In this document: piece by piece, positions 15,801 through 31,300 of the stretch
Layout of the letters: every line of letters starts with the position of its first letter
Position numbering within the stretch: the stretch's first letter is position 1
DNA from: Raja brachyura
Lineage: Eukaryota
Assembly: GCA_963514005.1 (NCBI GenBank)
Contig: OY740816.1
Coordinates: 26,102,001 to 26,166,000, forward strand
Direction: 5' to 3'
Length of the DNA: 64,000 nt
The notes under the pieces: generated by a model
The model's database searches: none
What the model saw: only the letters and a program-made list of their open reading frames with translations
Told to the model about the DNA's origin: nothing
Program-made: the position numbers and the translations under genes

Positions 15801-17254
15801 ACCTTTCAAGCAACCCCTGCAAGCCCACAAACTGCCGGTGCAAAGCACCATCTCATTTTACATCGCTGAACCAGAAAGTGATCTATGGCCACAAGATATG
15901 GTATTCATGTTTAACAGCAAATATCAGGAGATACCGACTACCATCATATTTCAAGATCAGGTTTCAAAACAAGTCCATGCAATATCTATAGGTGCAAAGG
16001 GCTGTGCACTCTAGTGTGCTACCGGGTACTACACACCAAGTCCAAGACGCAAGGGAACCCAAAGCTTCAGACAAATGCAGAGTCTCGGCCTGCATCTGGT
16101 TCAAGATGAAGTGTCTTGTTGCATCCTAGCCCAACAAAGCACCATGAGAAGCTACAATGGAACTTTGGAATCAGAAAAAAATTCTGAAAAATAGGCTTAA
16201 AACAAAGTGTATCCTCACTGGCTGCTAATAGATTTGCTAAAAAAGAGAATATTACTTATTTTAAGCATGGGCTGAAACCAGATCTGATAAAATGTACAGG
16301 TTGTACAACATGTAAAAGACCAACAAAATCCTTCCAGATTTATGACTGAAAATATTAAATATCATGTCCACAGCAGAGGTTTATGGTTGCTGGCCTATGG
16401 AGGTCACAGTATGGTGGGAGAAGCGCAGTACATGCATTCATCAATAGAAACTCAAGAGGTGAAAGATGGCAGCACCAAAGAACAGGATTAGTTAGCACGT
16501 CCCCACTGCATGTCCTTGCATGCAGTCATGTTCTCCAAGGAGTCCAAAATATCCAAATTGTTCCCCGAGGAGTCATAACAGCCTTTAGAACAAAAAGGCA
16601 TGTCACTGTTGCGAGCCATATGAAATGACATCCTTCCCTCTCTGGAGGAACGATTTTTTTCTATCAGAGTTGGGATTCCTTTGTCGAGGTTTACTGGAGC
16701 TCAACGCCTCTCTGTGCGCTGGTAGCTTAATCAATCAAATTACTTGGAAACTTTATCACACTGACAGAAGGGTGGAATTAAATGGACACACCCCACCTGC
16801 CCAACCTTATCATCTGGTGAAAGGACAATAAGGAAGTACAATTAAACACAAACCATTTAATGCAAACCAATGACAAAGCAAATTGAAAAATCTCCAATAA
16901 TGTACTTTAACAAGTGAAATTGGAGATATACTAAAATGATTCAGACCTCCAAACAAAATGGTGTTTAAATAGTGCAGATGTAAAATTGGTATGGATCAAA
17001 ATCAAAACAAAAATAACACATACCTATTTGGGGGGAAGCCTTCTTAAAATGAAGAGCTCTTGGCAACTCTTAAAACATTGGATTCTTTGAAACAAATGCA
17101 GACACGAGAATAGTAAACAGAAGGTCCAGTCACAGGACATGGTCATCCCCCAATTCCAGTACAAGAGAATTAATTTGGCTCCATTGAAATGAATGGACAC
17201 GAGCATCAGTATTACAGCACAGATTCATAGATGGAGTCCCAGAACAAGTTTAAA

Positions 17255-17520
17255 ATAATTCGCCAATCAACTGGTCAGTCTTCACTAACATCTCCAACCT
17301 CTCACTTTAGCCTAGTGTTCCCATCCGCTTCAAACAAACATCCATCATTCCAGTCTCCAAGAAAAATAAACGGATCTTTCTCATTGATGACTGACCTGTA
17401 GCTGCAACATCAGCCACAGTGCTTTGTAACATTGGCATGAACAACATCTGTACCTGGTTACCAGACAATCAAGCCACCGTACAATTTGTATACTGGGGAC
17501 CAAATCAACAGGGCATCATC
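17255..17520 (+). mobile_element. Degraded Rex1-type RT fragment
   Basis: VFTNISNLSL...PIRFKQTSIIPVSKK resembles the start of the Rex1 RT domain; contains stops and frameshifts. Confidence 0.55.
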
Positions 17521-20500
17521 TTTCAGTCTTCAGTAGTTCAACCACCTTATAAAAAGCACCTAAACCTCAGGACATCTATCTACATCTAGATGACAAACTA
17601 ATGCAAATGACTTTTCTGCTATAACTATCAAGACAGATTTGATTTTATCCAACAATGGCCAGTGAGACTGAAACAAAGACCAACTCATCTTCTCAATACA
17701 AGTCTGTGCCACTCTGCCCAATCTCTAAAGTTCTATTTGGTTTGGGAGGGAAAATGAAGAAGCATAGAATCCCAAAGACAACTGAACTCAATGTATATTT
17801 AAACCCACACTACTCCATACCAAATTATAAGTATATCCTTTCAAAGATGGGGATGGGGAAAATAGAATTATAGTTGGTAGTTGCTCAAGGTGGAAAATAA
17901 TTCTTATGCCAGTAAGTTAATGGGTGTAAGCAAGTAGAATGTCACATTTCAATTAGTCATGATTGGTTTAGTGTTTTCTTCAATTTCGAATAAGTGGTCA
18001 TTCACATTGCAGATTACCGTACACCCCAATATGTTGTATACAAACCACCCATCAGCAAGAAAGGAAATACCCAGTGAGAGAGTTTAGGCAAGGGATTAGA
18101 AAGATCACAAGGCACATCTCTGGTCTGTTGAGCTGCTGATTTCAGCCAAGAAGCTTCAATTTGGTTTGATAGCCTCAGAAGAGGAATGTGAAGATAGCAA
18201 TGATGTCCTGCTAACTACCAATGTCTCCATACCATTGCTTATGAATAGTCACTTGATTTTATTTTTAACAGGCCACCTCTGCAAACTCAACTTTCAGATC
18301 AAATGGAGTGGATGCTAGTTAAACGAGAGAGAAGAGAAGAGAGACAGGCAGGTCCATGAAGGTGGTGGTTAAAACAGCAACAAATAAACTGAGAATACAG
18401 GATGTTAAAACAAGTGAGAACAAGGTTGACGGCACAAACTTCAGGTGAAAGGAAAGAGGACAAAAGACTGGCAGGAAGAAAATGGGACTTTGCAGTCTTC
18501 AGAGGAAAATGTTTCTGAAGTGTAACCACAGGAAGAGAAACTGAAGCTTTAAACTGGCTGCAAATTGATAAACAAGGACCCAAGCAAGGCTGCAGATGAA
18601 CCACCTGCATGATTCCTGGAGCAGGGGAGGATGTCATGGTCCTGGTCAACATCTAAGCTAGATATGCACCAAGAACCAAGATCTGAAAACTTGCACATTG
18701 TTTAAAGAGGTACACATAAATGCTAAATGTGTACTAAATTGTTTCAACCTCCATGGCAGTGAACTTTCTTGGGTCAATAATCAGGTGCAGAATTTGCTAT
18801 GTAGATGAAGAGTCAGAATAGGTTTAATAAAGCAAAGCCACATCTAACTGGGAGACAATTTTGAAGGAACAGGGACAGCTGATAAATGTGTACTTGTGGC
18901 TCAAAAAAGTGGCAGAACATTAATTGAAATCCATGGAATAAAGAGTACCACAGCTAGAAAAGCTAGAAAACCGCTGAAATAAACAGTGTGGCAGTGGGAT
19001 CTTGAATAAACCCATATCGACTTCTCATTCATGGAGCTTATTTTTTGGAACCAAAGTGTACAGCAGGTGATTATTAATACATTGGAGTATACTCAAGTGC
19101 ACAGAGGATAACGTCAAAACTTGCTGATAAATGAAAACCGAGGCAGAGAACTGAGAACAGTAACAATCTTCAAAGGAAGGCTGGCTGACTACTGGGCTGA
19201 ATGCAGATGAAACTTAACACCAAGCAATGGACTGTTATATTTTGGTAAGAAAAGCAATCCTAATCCAAAGGGCACATTTCTAAATGTAGTACAACAAAAT
19301 CTGGGGATACACATGCTTGACTGGAGTGGCTGAGCAAGTGGCTAATAAGAGCAACGGAAAGCGTGAGCCTTCTTGCTCTATCGCTACACAAGGCTGGGGA
19401 GGCATCAACTAGATAAGTGCCTCCAGCCTGACACGTTAGGCAAGATGCAAAAGCATTGAGGATGGAGTTTAGTAAATGGATTTCATGGATGAGGATGTAT
19501 GGTTCAGCAGAGAGACAACTGGTCTTCTCCTTGGTACATCAGATTACAGATGGAATTATTTAAAATCTTGAAAGGAAAAAGTCAAAACACATTGTACAAC
19601 ATTGTTTCCGTTGTCAGATTTGTCAATAGCATCAGCAAAAATACAACAGTTAACAATGATTGGTCAGGATCTGGAAGCAATGGAGAAAGATCAACAAAGA
19701 GGGGATTTGCAAGACTATGGGGAAAGGGCTGAACTAGCTGGATTGTTTGAATGCACTCCCGTGTTGCAAGGCCTTGTCCCTTAGGAAATCTTTCCTCAAT
19801 AGCATCCAATCTCAATTCCCCAAATATCTCAGAAGATGACAGTGGCAGTGTAATTCAGCACGTCAAGCAGCATCTCGGGAGAACACGGATAGCCATGCAT
19901 CAGGTCAGGACCCTTCTTCAGCTGGGTCACACTGCGTATAGCTTCTACCTTCTGTCCAAGATCCAGAAGCAGAAGCTCCAGACATAGCTGGTTTCTGACT
20001 GAAGAACATAAATGGCAAATGCTGGAGAAACTCCATACATCAGGCAACATCTGGGGATGGAATGGATAGGCAATGTTGTTTTCAGTCAGAACTCGGGTTA
20101 GAACCTCACTTTCAAAATAGATATGCATTGCAGAGCTTAACGGCACTTGAACCTTTAACCAAATAACTCCACAGCAGTGACAATCATATCTAATTTAGAG
20201 ATATATGGGGCTTCTGCAATATGGTTGAACCTTGACCATGAATGGAGCCGTGCACTACAACAATGAGTGTTCTCCAGATCCCCTCGTTAGATTGCCGCAA
20301 TTGTGGAGATGAGCTGCAGACTTCAGTGTGAGAGGAACTGAGAATAAAATGGGATGAAAGTAAATTAGTGCTTTCTCAGTGAGGACACTGGGATGAAGAA
20401 CCTGTTTGTGCTGCATGATTCTTGCACAATTATACTAAAGCCTTCGTTCGCCAAATAAAATTTTCCCTGAAACATGGACTGCAGTTTCCTTATAAATTCA

Positions 20501-20801
20501 CCAATCCCATTCCACAAACTTAGAATAAATGTGTTATTTCTACAGCCCGGCCAAAACCATGAGAGATGGTCAAGCATAACAATGACCTTCAAAAATTAAT
20601 TCCAAATGCTCTTGCCTCCAGCAGAACACTTGTTATCCCGAGAACTCCAGGGTCTAAATAAAAACGTGTTCTTGAACAAACAGCTAAAGGAAACAGTTTT
20701 GCTATCCTAGCCATGACATTTTAATTATGCTCATCCCAATCAATAAAGCCATTGTATTAAAAAAATACTCAAAACTGGGATATATGTGTGGATTATAAAT
20801 C

Positions 20802-20968
20802 AGGAGGGGGTGATAAGGTAGGGAGGGAGGCGGGAGGGTGAGGTAGGGAGAGGGGGCAGGGTGATGTAGGGAGGAGAGGGGGTGAGATAGGGAGGGGAGG
20901 GATGAGGTAGGGAGGGGAGGGGGATGACGATAGAGGGAGGGGTGAGGGGAGGAAGAGGTATGGAGGGT
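20802..20968 (+). repeat. Purine-rich low-complexity repeat with many GGG runs (G-quadruplex potential)
   Basis: Degenerate GGGAGG..GGGTGAGGTA units. Confidence 0.75.
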
Positions 20969-22719
20969 GTTTCAAAGCTCTCTCCATCTGGCTGGCTTGA
21001 AATTTCCTCCTAGCACGCCTGCTCCCTGTTAAAACAGCAAACCAAGGAATCAGCTGATGACCTTCCAAAATGCTAATTCTGTCTCCATATGGCTATGCAC
21101 TTAATACAGTTATCACAACAGTGATGAACACAGGGGCCTCCAACTGAAACCTCATACGTACACATCTCTATCTGAATCGCACTCCCAGCTAAAGGGAACA
21201 CATGCTGCGAAACATTATCCTTCGCACAAGCATGCAACTTTTTCCTGCTCCTATGGTCCTCCACAGCCCCATCCACATAAAAACACCTAGAGCTTAGTGT
21301 AGTTATGCAAAGCCTGGCAAAGACTCCAGACACCCTACACATCAGTTCGAGTTGTCACTGTGCTTTTTTGATAGTTCTATCTTTTTAGGCCATGGTGTGT
21401 TGCCTATTGTACTAACTGATCAATTGATTCTTTGGGGTAAAATACATAGTAGATAACTGCCAAAACCATCTGCAGTAATAATGTTTGTAAGTCTCATGTC
21501 AGTCCGAATCAATAACACCACCATTCAGTGTCAATGCAATCCCCCCCCAAAATGTAAATAGTCATGACTTCTGCACACATTCTGCAATGTTCAGTCATGA
21601 TGCCCCAAAATGCAGAGAACTTGTGTTACTTATAATTCAAAAGATTAAGAATATCCTACTTTTTTTAAATGTAGAAATTAAAAATTGGGAGTAAAGTGGA
21701 GTATCAACAGCCCAGTTCACAGATACTGTTCATGCAGATACTCACTGGTGGAATGGATACGAAACCTAAACTTATGTACTTAGTGTGTGTAGATCTACTG
21801 CATAACATTTTTTTCTCAGTTTAGTTTAGTGTTACAATACAGAAACATGCCTTTCTGCCCACCAAGTCCATGCTGACCAGCAATCACCCTGACACTAGGG
21901 ATAATTGACAAATCATACCAAAGCCAATTAGCCTACAAACCTGTATGTCTTTGGAGTGTGGGAGAAAACTGGAGCACCGGGGAAAAAACCCACGCGGTCA
22001 CAGGGAGAACTGGTGCTGTAGGGCAGTAACTCTACCGCTACGCCACCATGTTGCCCTAAATCTCAGAACTGGCATCCTCGGTATTGTGACACGAGTAAAG
22101 ACTATGGTCATGAAACTGACAAGACTTAACAGAAGATAGACATAAACGCTGGAGTAACTCAACAGGACAGGCAGCATCTCTGGAGAGAAGGAACGGGTGA
22201 CATTTTGGTTCGAGACCCTTCTTCAGACTTAAATGAGCTTGTCTCAAGCCCTCTTCAATAAGTGCTGTGTTTGCAAATATCTCCGGCATCTATGAAAAGC
22301 GAGACATCAATACTAAAACAGGGACAGCAGGAAATCCAAGGGATGATCTCAAACCCAAAGTCCAAATGTTCTAAAATGTGTAATAAAACTGTACTTTGCA
22401 GTTCAATTGTCTAAGTTAGCATTTACTTGAACTGATTATCCAGCTCTGCTGAATAAATTCAAAAATCAACCTAGCAAAGGATATCTACTCCAATTACACA
22501 AAACTTCTATGATTGAACTCCTAATCTTTGTGGAAGAACAGAAGAATATGCAGGAAGGGAAGTTAGCAAACAAACTAGGCTATGAGGGTTCATTTTATGG
22601 TTATTATGGAAACTATTACTACAATTACAAACTACTATGGAAGCCAGAAATCAATTTTTTATTATGGCAGCGAGAACGCAAAAGAACAGAACAAGTTCCA
22701 CAGTTTAGTACAGTTGGTA

Positions 22720-22962
22720 CAGTTTAGTTTGTCACGTGTATCGAGGTACAGTGAAAAGCTTTTGTTGCGTGCTAACCAGTCAGCGAAAAGACAATACATG
22801 ATTACAATCCAGCCACTCACAGTGTATAGTTACATAAGGGAATGACATTTAGAGCAAGGTAAAGCCAGCAAAGTCCAATCAATGATAGTCCAAGGGTTCA
22901 CAATGAGGTAGATAGTTGTTCAGGACTGCTCCCTAGTTGTGGTACGATGGTTCAGTTGCCTG
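22720..22962 (-). repeat. Interspersed Rex1-tail-type repeat ending in (TAAAC)n; related copies at 11640-11782, 42889-43330, 44840-44950, 46935-47110, 56630-56860, 58890-59000 and 60663-61250
   Basis: Shared sequence GTTTAGTTT..GTCACGTGTACCGAGGTACAGTGAAAAGCTTTTGTTGCGTGCTAACCAGTCAG recurs in both orientations. Confidence 0.65.
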
Positions 22963-25117
22963 CAGGGACAATAACCAGAACCACCAGCTAACACAACAAA
23001 AGACAAAAGATTACCATTAACATTTAGCGTTAGCTTTCATTCACCTCGCAGCAACTTCACTCCAATAACCCGTTATTCTGGAAGACATCTCAACAGTGAA
23101 ATAGGTGTGGCGTAGAATACATGCTTGTTCAAAAGCTAGACAGATTTATTGCATCACTGCTAAACACAGGGTTGGAACTCAGCGACTGACAGCGTGGCCT
23201 GAGCCAACAGAGCTGACAGGAACGTTCTAATTCCAAATGCATGCCACTGTGCAGTGAACAGCAAAGCTTTCTCTTCAATCTAAATCACCAAGTGTACAAG
23301 ATTTATCTTTCATGCAATTTTGTGGATCTCTAAATTTGTGTTATACAAATGCATGAAACCCTCCAGAGTTAGATAAAAACAAAACATGGATATTGTACAC
23401 TAACGAGAAAAGACTTATTATCTAATCAGGTATTTAATTAGGAGAGGGACAGTGGAGCAGTAGCAGAGTTGCTGCCTCATGGTGCCAGAGACACAGGGTC
23501 AATCCTGTCTATGGTTGCTGTCTGTGTGGAGTTTGTACACTCTCCCCATGACCACATGGGCTTTCTCTGGGTGCTACAGTGGCTGCATATTCACCCTACA
23601 ACTCAAGCTTCGATGTCCCAGGGCTATTCTGGCAAATTCCCCTGCACCCTTTCCAACTTAATGACATTCTCCATAGCCGGGCAACCAGAACTGCCAAGTA
23701 CTCTAAGCATGAGTTCACCATCAACTGGTGCAGCTGCATCATGTTCCAGCTTTTATACTCATTCACCTCCCAATGAAGGCAAGCATGCCAGATAGCACCT
23801 TCACCACCGTGTCTACATGACTCGCCACTCGCTGATGTCAAGCTCCTAGTACATCAAATGAACAATTGACTCAAATTATATCCCATGTATCAAGAATGAT
23901 AAAAGCATGGTATCTATTTTCCACCTTAGATGACTGTTAAATGCTTCAGAGCTAATATTTGGAAGGATCTGGACAAGGTAAAGAAATATTTTGGAAGAAG
24001 AGCAATGATTTCCATCAGTCTTCCACATTGTGAATGTAATAAAGACAATTAATGTATGTGTCAATCCAGTGCCATTGTTGTGCATCTGTTAACACAAACA
24101 AGGACACAAAAACCTTCAGCCAGTTTCATTTAAAATCCTCCAGCTCGTGCAGTGTCATGCCAATGCAAGCAACCATCAATATTGTTACCTCCAAGGAGAG
24201 CACGTCAGTTCTTCCCACCCCCATTGTGTTTGTTTGAACTAATAACAAACGTCAAAGCATGCCCGAATCTCCACTGCACTAAAATTAACCAACACCAGAA
24301 ACTGGGATTTAAAAATGCACACCATGCCCCACAGCTCCCTCTTTGCAAATATTTGGTTTGAAGGCATTATCCGTTGGAGTTATTTTCCTTGCTACCCATG
24401 GATTGCCTACAGGTTTTGCCAGCTTTGGACCACCCAAAGAGAGCGCCACGCACAACCAATCCATCAGTGACATCCACTACCAACATGCAGCCCAGGAAAA
24501 ACGAGGGAGCAATATCTAAACTCACCCACTCAAAAAGGAACCTAATCGTATTTACAAAATGACCAAGGTGCTGCGACTTGTAAAACAGACAGTTCTGCAG
24601 CAGTTAAAGCTGATCTGTGCCAAATCTAAACACTTGCTGTCAAAGCATGTAGTTAATTGCAACACAACAGGACCACCAGACCCACCGAGCTCTCCATAAA
24701 CAATTAAAAAACATCATCCTAAGTAGACCCAGCTAAATAAACAGTGCAATCCTATTGCTTCATTTTCATGTGGGTGTTAAGTTAATGTGTTTAGGATTAT
24801 ACAACCCCGACTCCAGTCTCCACTTCAGTCAGAACATTTGATGGAGGGAACTTGTAGTGGTCATGATATTGGTCATTTGGGTCCCTGCTAATTTGTTATT
24901 ATTATTAAATAAAGGGAAACATTCAGTAACGCTTCCTAGACTTGGGTCAAGTGAAGTGCAGCATCTCAGTGTCTCTTTACTGGCAGAGTATCTGGCAATG
25001 TTAGCCAGTTAAAGAATGCAGAAATAAGAAAGATGGACAAGAGTCAAAAGCATTCGACTGTCGTGTACATTGGCAAAAAAAAGACATTCTTACTGGCTGC
25101 ATCTCGACAGGCATATT

Positions 25118-25379
25118 AGAAACATAGAAACATAGAAAATAGGTGCAGGAGTAGGCCATTCGGCCCTTCGAGCCTGCACCGCCATTCAATGTGATCATGG
25201 CTGATCATCCAACTCAGTATCCCGTACCTGCCTTCTCTCCATACCCCCTGATCCCTTTAGCCACAAGTGCCACATCTAACGCCCTCTTAAATATAGCCAA
25301 TGAACTGGCCTCAACTACCTTCTGTGGCAGAGAATTCCAGAGACTCACCACTCTCTGTGTAAAGAATGTTTTCCTCATT
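25118..25379 (-). mobile_element. 5'-truncated CR1 3' end, same young subfamily as the copy at 53287
   Basis: By eye identical to ~53291-53551 over ~260 bp; same octamer tail. Confidence 0.9.
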
Positions 25380-28300
25380 AATCAATTAATCAATATTAAT
25401 CAATACAAACAGACATCAATACAATAACTTGTCGAGGTGGTGGAGGCAAGAGTCTGATGGAAGCAGCTGTTCTTGAACCCGGCATCAGTTCTGTACCTTA
25501 TTCTCAGCAGTTGCAGCAAGAGAGAGCTTGGCCTTTGATATTAGCCGCCTTTCCTACAGATCCTTTCAATGGTGGGGAGGTAATTACCCGTGATGGACCA
25601 GGGAGTATCCGCAACTTGCTGCAGCCTTTTTCTTAGGCTTTCAAGTTACCAGAGGAGGTTGCAATATGCTGACCTATAGATGTTAGAGTATTGGTACAGC
25701 AAATCTAATGGGACAAATGATTGAAATACACATTGGTTGACAACTGTCAGAAAATAAGTAGAGAACAAGTGGCATACATGCAACTGTGACCATCAGCTTC
25801 AAGAACAGCTTCTCAGTAACTATTGAGTTCTTAAACAATATACAACACTAACCACTACCTCCAACTATGATCACCTTGGGTCGATAAAAAGCTGTAGTAA
25901 CTCAGCGGACCAGGCAGCATCTCTGGAGAAAAGGAATAGGTGAGGTTTCATGTCGAGACCCTTCTTCAGACTTCTCCAGAGATACCATCTGACCCACTGA
26001 GTTAGTCCAGCTTTGGACTGTCTTTGATTGAACTACAGATGGGTTTTGCACCATTATGGTTATTAAATAATGGATTGTTGATTACTATATATTTATCCAT
26101 GTTAGTATGTTAATGGGACTGAAACTGCTGCATGAAAGAATTTAATTGCAGTTATTTATGGCAATTAAACACTACGACAATACATTGCATCAACACAATC
26201 CACAATGAGGAACTGAAGCTCAATTTTAAGTACTTTTGGTGTGGCAAAACGGTACATTTGATGTCTGTTGGGATTTAGTCTTTAAAATTTCTTAAAATAA
26301 TGGCACTACTCCAAATTGTAGTTGGGAATTTCTATATTCTAATTGAAGAAATTCAACAATTTGAAGCAAATGAGAAAGTCTGCAAAACATAACCAACTAC
26401 TTAAAACCATCCAATAAGCAGGAACATTTCTCCAAATCAACAACTATCGTAGATTGCAGGATTGTAGGGCACATTGTGTAGGAAGGAACTGCAGATGCTG
26501 GTTTAAACTGAAAATAGACATTAAAAAGTTGGAGTAACTCAACAGGACAGGGAGCATCTCTGGAGAGAAGAAATGGGTCTGAAGATGAGTCTCGATCCAA
26601 AACGTCATCCATTCCTTCCCTCCAGAGATGCTGCCTGTCCTGCTGAGTTACTCCAGCTTCTTTGACACGACTTAAACTTGCATCCTAATTTTGTAGACAT
26701 TTTCTCTGGAACTTTCACTTAGTTTTACAGATGAGCAAGTGTAAAAGGCAACAGCTAATCTTTTCAACTTCTTGAACATACTCCACTTTCCACCAGTGAA
26801 TGTTTGTTAGTAATAAACAACCCGTAACCACCAGCTCCACATGCCCAGCAGACTTGCATTAGAAGTTTAACCTCGACTACTGTATATTTTAACATCCATT
26901 TGTACAAATACAGAATGGATATTTGCCCTTTGCTGACATTTCTGCTAAATTCTCATTCCACCACAACCCAGCAATACAATGCACAAGCACAATAAAGGAC
27001 CACAATCAGTGGACATAAAAGTAGATTAAAGTTAATCGTGAAGCTGTATATTACAAATTAATTCATCAATTTTTAACCAAGAAAGGTTCTAAATAGTTCA
27101 CTTTTTATTCATGACACGATTCCCTGTTCCAAGAACTACACAGAATGAAATACCCAGCTGCACAAACAAGGACAAAATGCAATATGATACTAATTACAAA
27201 TACAGACCTAAACCATCTCCATGCTATCTGTTCTTGTTATGTACATGACTGTGGAAGGGGAAGGATTCATGTAATTGCTTTGCTTTTTTAGAGTCCTTAC
27301 AATATTTGGTATTTTGGAATGATAGAAGACTTCTCTTTAGTTTAGTTTAGAGATGGTGTGGCAACAGGCCCTTTGGCCCACCAAGGCACTGCCGATCAAT
27401 CACCCATACACTAGTTCCATGTTTCCTGGTTTCTCATCTATATACTATGGCCAATTTACAAAAGCCAATTAACTTGTCTGAGCACAATGCATAACATTAC
27501 TGGTCAGAGGGAAGAGAATGTTAGCAAAGTGCTGTCAGACCTGATGTAGTGAGGGTCTATCCACATCAGAAGGGGTTGAGAGCCTTCCTCAAGTAGAGGA
27601 TAAACCAGTTCCACTCCACACTCTCTTGAACCTGCTCTTATATAGAACCTCCTTCAATTCCACTCGCCAGATAAAAGGCGTAGCTATGGAAACCCAATGT
27701 GCCGTTCCAACTATGGTAGAATACATTCAGTACACTTGACCACTTGGACAGTCAATTCCTTTCAAGTTGAAAGTCCTACCGCAATTGAAATTATAAGCAA
27801 AAACAGGGCAATTCAATCAGGCAGCATCTATGGAGGGAAATGGACAGTCAACATTTAGTGTAGAGAACCCTTTCACCTGGATTCCACTGTCTGTAGTCTC
27901 GAGTATCCAACCCAGTCTAATACAAAGAGTTCTTGCAGTGGGGCATCTTCCCATCTTAGAATATCACTTGGCCATGGGATTTACAAATCAACATGCACAC
28001 AACAAAAGCTACACATTAGGTCTGCCCCTGAATGAGCAATCCTGAAGCCACAAGGACAAATAGGTGCAATACTGCTGTGTTAATGTGCTGAATAAAAATG
28101 ATCTTGAAAGCTGCCCGACTGTTAACTCTTGTGGTTCAGTGCTGGCCAACAACTGCAGGCCACACTTCACTCCAAGTGCAACATGCACAAAACTTAGTGG
28201 TTCTGCGGCTGTAGTCTGCAGTTTTAAAAAAACAGTATTCTGTAAAGATAACAGGTTACCAAGTGCAGAGAATTGCACATACAAGTTTAACATTAACAAG

Positions 28301-31300
28301 GTACAAACGATGTTAGATATTAAAGTTACCTTACAGACACATCATTGTAATATGCCCTCTCTTATTCAGACAGAATGTAGACAATGAAAGATCAATCTCA
28401 GTGAAGCTTTATTCCATGAGGAACTGTCTGGATAAATGACTCTGCTTTATTCAGTGTCGAGTCAAGTGGACACAATACAAGGGTTTGCCCTGATACAGTA
28501 CAGAACTCTGAACAAGACTGAGTGATATGGAAGGTAGACAAAATATGGAGAAACTCAGCAGGTGAGGCAGCATCTATGGAGAGATGGAATAGGCGACGTT
28601 TCGGGTTGAGACCCTTCTTCAGACTAAATCAGCTAAAGAGTATAAGTCTGGGCTAGTGGAGAAGCCAGCAAGGACTCATCTCAAGTAAGAGGAAGCTTTG
28701 TAGGTTACTCTGAAACATTTACGAAATCGAAACTTGTAAAAATATACAATGCTCATTTCTTCACGAGAGAATCTGCAGCTGTGTAACTTGCTTAGTTCAA
28801 AGCCGGTGGAACACAAGGCTAATGTAACTCATCGCCATTTCACCCGTCGCATAGCTCATCAATAACTCACCAGCAGAGGGCTGAGTCAGAGGGGAGGCCG
28901 ACTGAAACTTGCAAAACTACAAGCTTCCTGAAAAATTTGTCTATCAGCAGCTACATACTCGGGTAAAACAATCAAATAAGCTGCCATTATTAAATTTCTC
29001 CCAGAAAAACGCTTACAGGTTGAGATACGTACATCAAACCAGTCAGCTGTGAAGATGTTCAATTCGTAAAGACCAAAGTGCATTCTGATTATTCTTAGTC
29101 AGTTATTAAAAATACTTGCATCAAAACTAGAGAAGTTATCAAAGCCTTTTGAAAATTCTCAAATATCAGGTTCTCCTTCCAAGGGCACCGAAATATCAGG
29201 TTCTCCTTCCAAACCGGTTCTACATACCAATGCATTGTAAAGACCTATTCTTGTCCCAGGTCACGCCATTTTCCAGAGGGGTCAGTATTGTTGATTTACC
29301 AAACCAGTGGAAGATGCGGGAAAAGTAGAATCTCACCCCAGAAAATAAGCCCATTTACCATAAAGCTAGCAGGACAATGGACAAATGTTTATCACCTAGA
29401 AAATTACACAGCAGCTATTAAGGAAACACCCACATTACAGAAATTTGCCCTTAGAATTCACACATCAGAACTAAAAAAATGACAAAGGAATAAGGTTCAC
29501 ACTGATTTTGTGAAATAAACATTTAAAAAAAAAAACTTCTTGGCACATGCAGATATATTTGATGTTTTGGGTCCAGATCCTTCTTCAGCCTGCTGACCAA
29601 CTAATTGAACCCAATTTTACCTTCCTGATGAACAATGTGATGCATGATTCCCTAGCAGTGTGCAGATCTGACAGCAGTGCTGACCAACGTGACAGGGCTA
29701 AGAACAAATGGAAGTGTATATCCAGCGCTGCTCCCCATCTACACAAACACATAATGCTAATTGGATGGAAAAGAAAACAGCAAAAAGCAGGAGCTGCTGA
29801 AGATAAAGTGAGCATCATTACTAATTACTAATGTATAACATTTATGAATTGTAGAACACATTATGATTGATCATTAAATTAAACTCTCACGCATATCACC
29901 ATTAGATTTCTTTCCACTAAATACAATGCAACTACTGCTGGAACACAAACAAATCAATTTAAAACACCATCACACTGCTGAACTCGGAGTCCCGCCAATA
30001 GATTTCTCCAGCCTCTCCGTCCACATTGTCTGCATTCTGTATTTATTTCCATATTGCTATTACTACGAACTGACGATAAACTGCATTTTGTTGTACCCGT
30101 ACTTGTATCCGTGCAATGACATTAAAGTTGAATTGAAATTGAACTGCTAAAACTCACAAGAGACACTGTCTAAACTTCAGAAAAGAGTGTGGTTTGAACA
30201 TGGTGATCTGCAGACATATGAAGTGGCAAGTCTCAAAAAGCAAAGTGATCTATCACGGCCAGGGATTATAGCAAGACACTTCAACAAAAAAAGGGTTTAG
30301 ACTGCCCGCTCAAACACTGCTTGGGTCAAGGCTGTGTTAACATCTCCAACTGTGCCATCCCAAAGTTCAGTGGCCACTTCCTTCAGATCTTTTAAGCAAG
30401 CAAGGACAAATAGCTTTGAAGTTGCAGTGGAAGACAGATACAGCCAAACACTTCACAGAAAAGCTTGTTCACAATCGGAGGACAAAGCCTGTTACTTAGC
30501 CAATACACAACCCTTAACAATGAAGGCAGTTAAAACTATTTGAACCAGGGCATCTCAGCAATTTTTTATTTCCCACCCTTTGTTTACTTTTATTATACAT
30601 CCCACCCCTCCCCACATCCCAAATGTGGGAAATGCTGGAAATACAACACCTTGCACCCATTCCTCTTCCCCCCCCCCCCCCCCACACAAAATACATTTAT
30701 TCATTATATATACACAATTGGGAGACACCTTTCTCTCCATTCATTGTATCATCAATTCAAAACATTATCTTGGAACTGCTCTCAAACAGATGCCTTGTTT
30801 GGAGATTTTGAGAAGAGATTTAAAAGACAACTATTCTACCCGAGTCCATGGTCACTTCTGAGCCAGACCTGGCATGGACAGCAGAATTCTTGTCCTGATA
30901 TACACTGGTAAATACAGTAGCTTTGCAGTAATCAATGCAGAGATTGGCAGTCCTTTGACAAAAATCCACATTACTAAATTTAAATTTCACAGCTGGATTT
31001 GAATGTAGGTCTCCAGATTGTTTGTGCAGCTCCCTTGGTAACTCAATGTCCCAATGTATCATATTTAAAAGCATAAAAATAAAACAACTTCTAGCATGAT
31101 CGATTTTTTCCTGTGCCAATTGCCATTTGGGCATTCATTTTTAGCAACAGGAACTGCAAGAGCCACGAATAATTACACCATTTCCTGGACAAAATCTGTT
31201 TCCAACCTCATTCAGTTCTACAAATCTCTCCTTCCCTTTCTTGGATATAGCTTCTGACGGCATGTGGGGAAGGAAAAGATGAGGGGTGTTTGCATACAAC

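Noticed and set aside
29161-29212. 22-bp direct repeat AAATATCAGGTTCTCCTTCCAA with an 8-bp spacer; also a 23-bp tandem duplication at ~1229-1273
   Set aside because: Isolated two-copy micro-duplications typical of repair or slippage, with no further structure.
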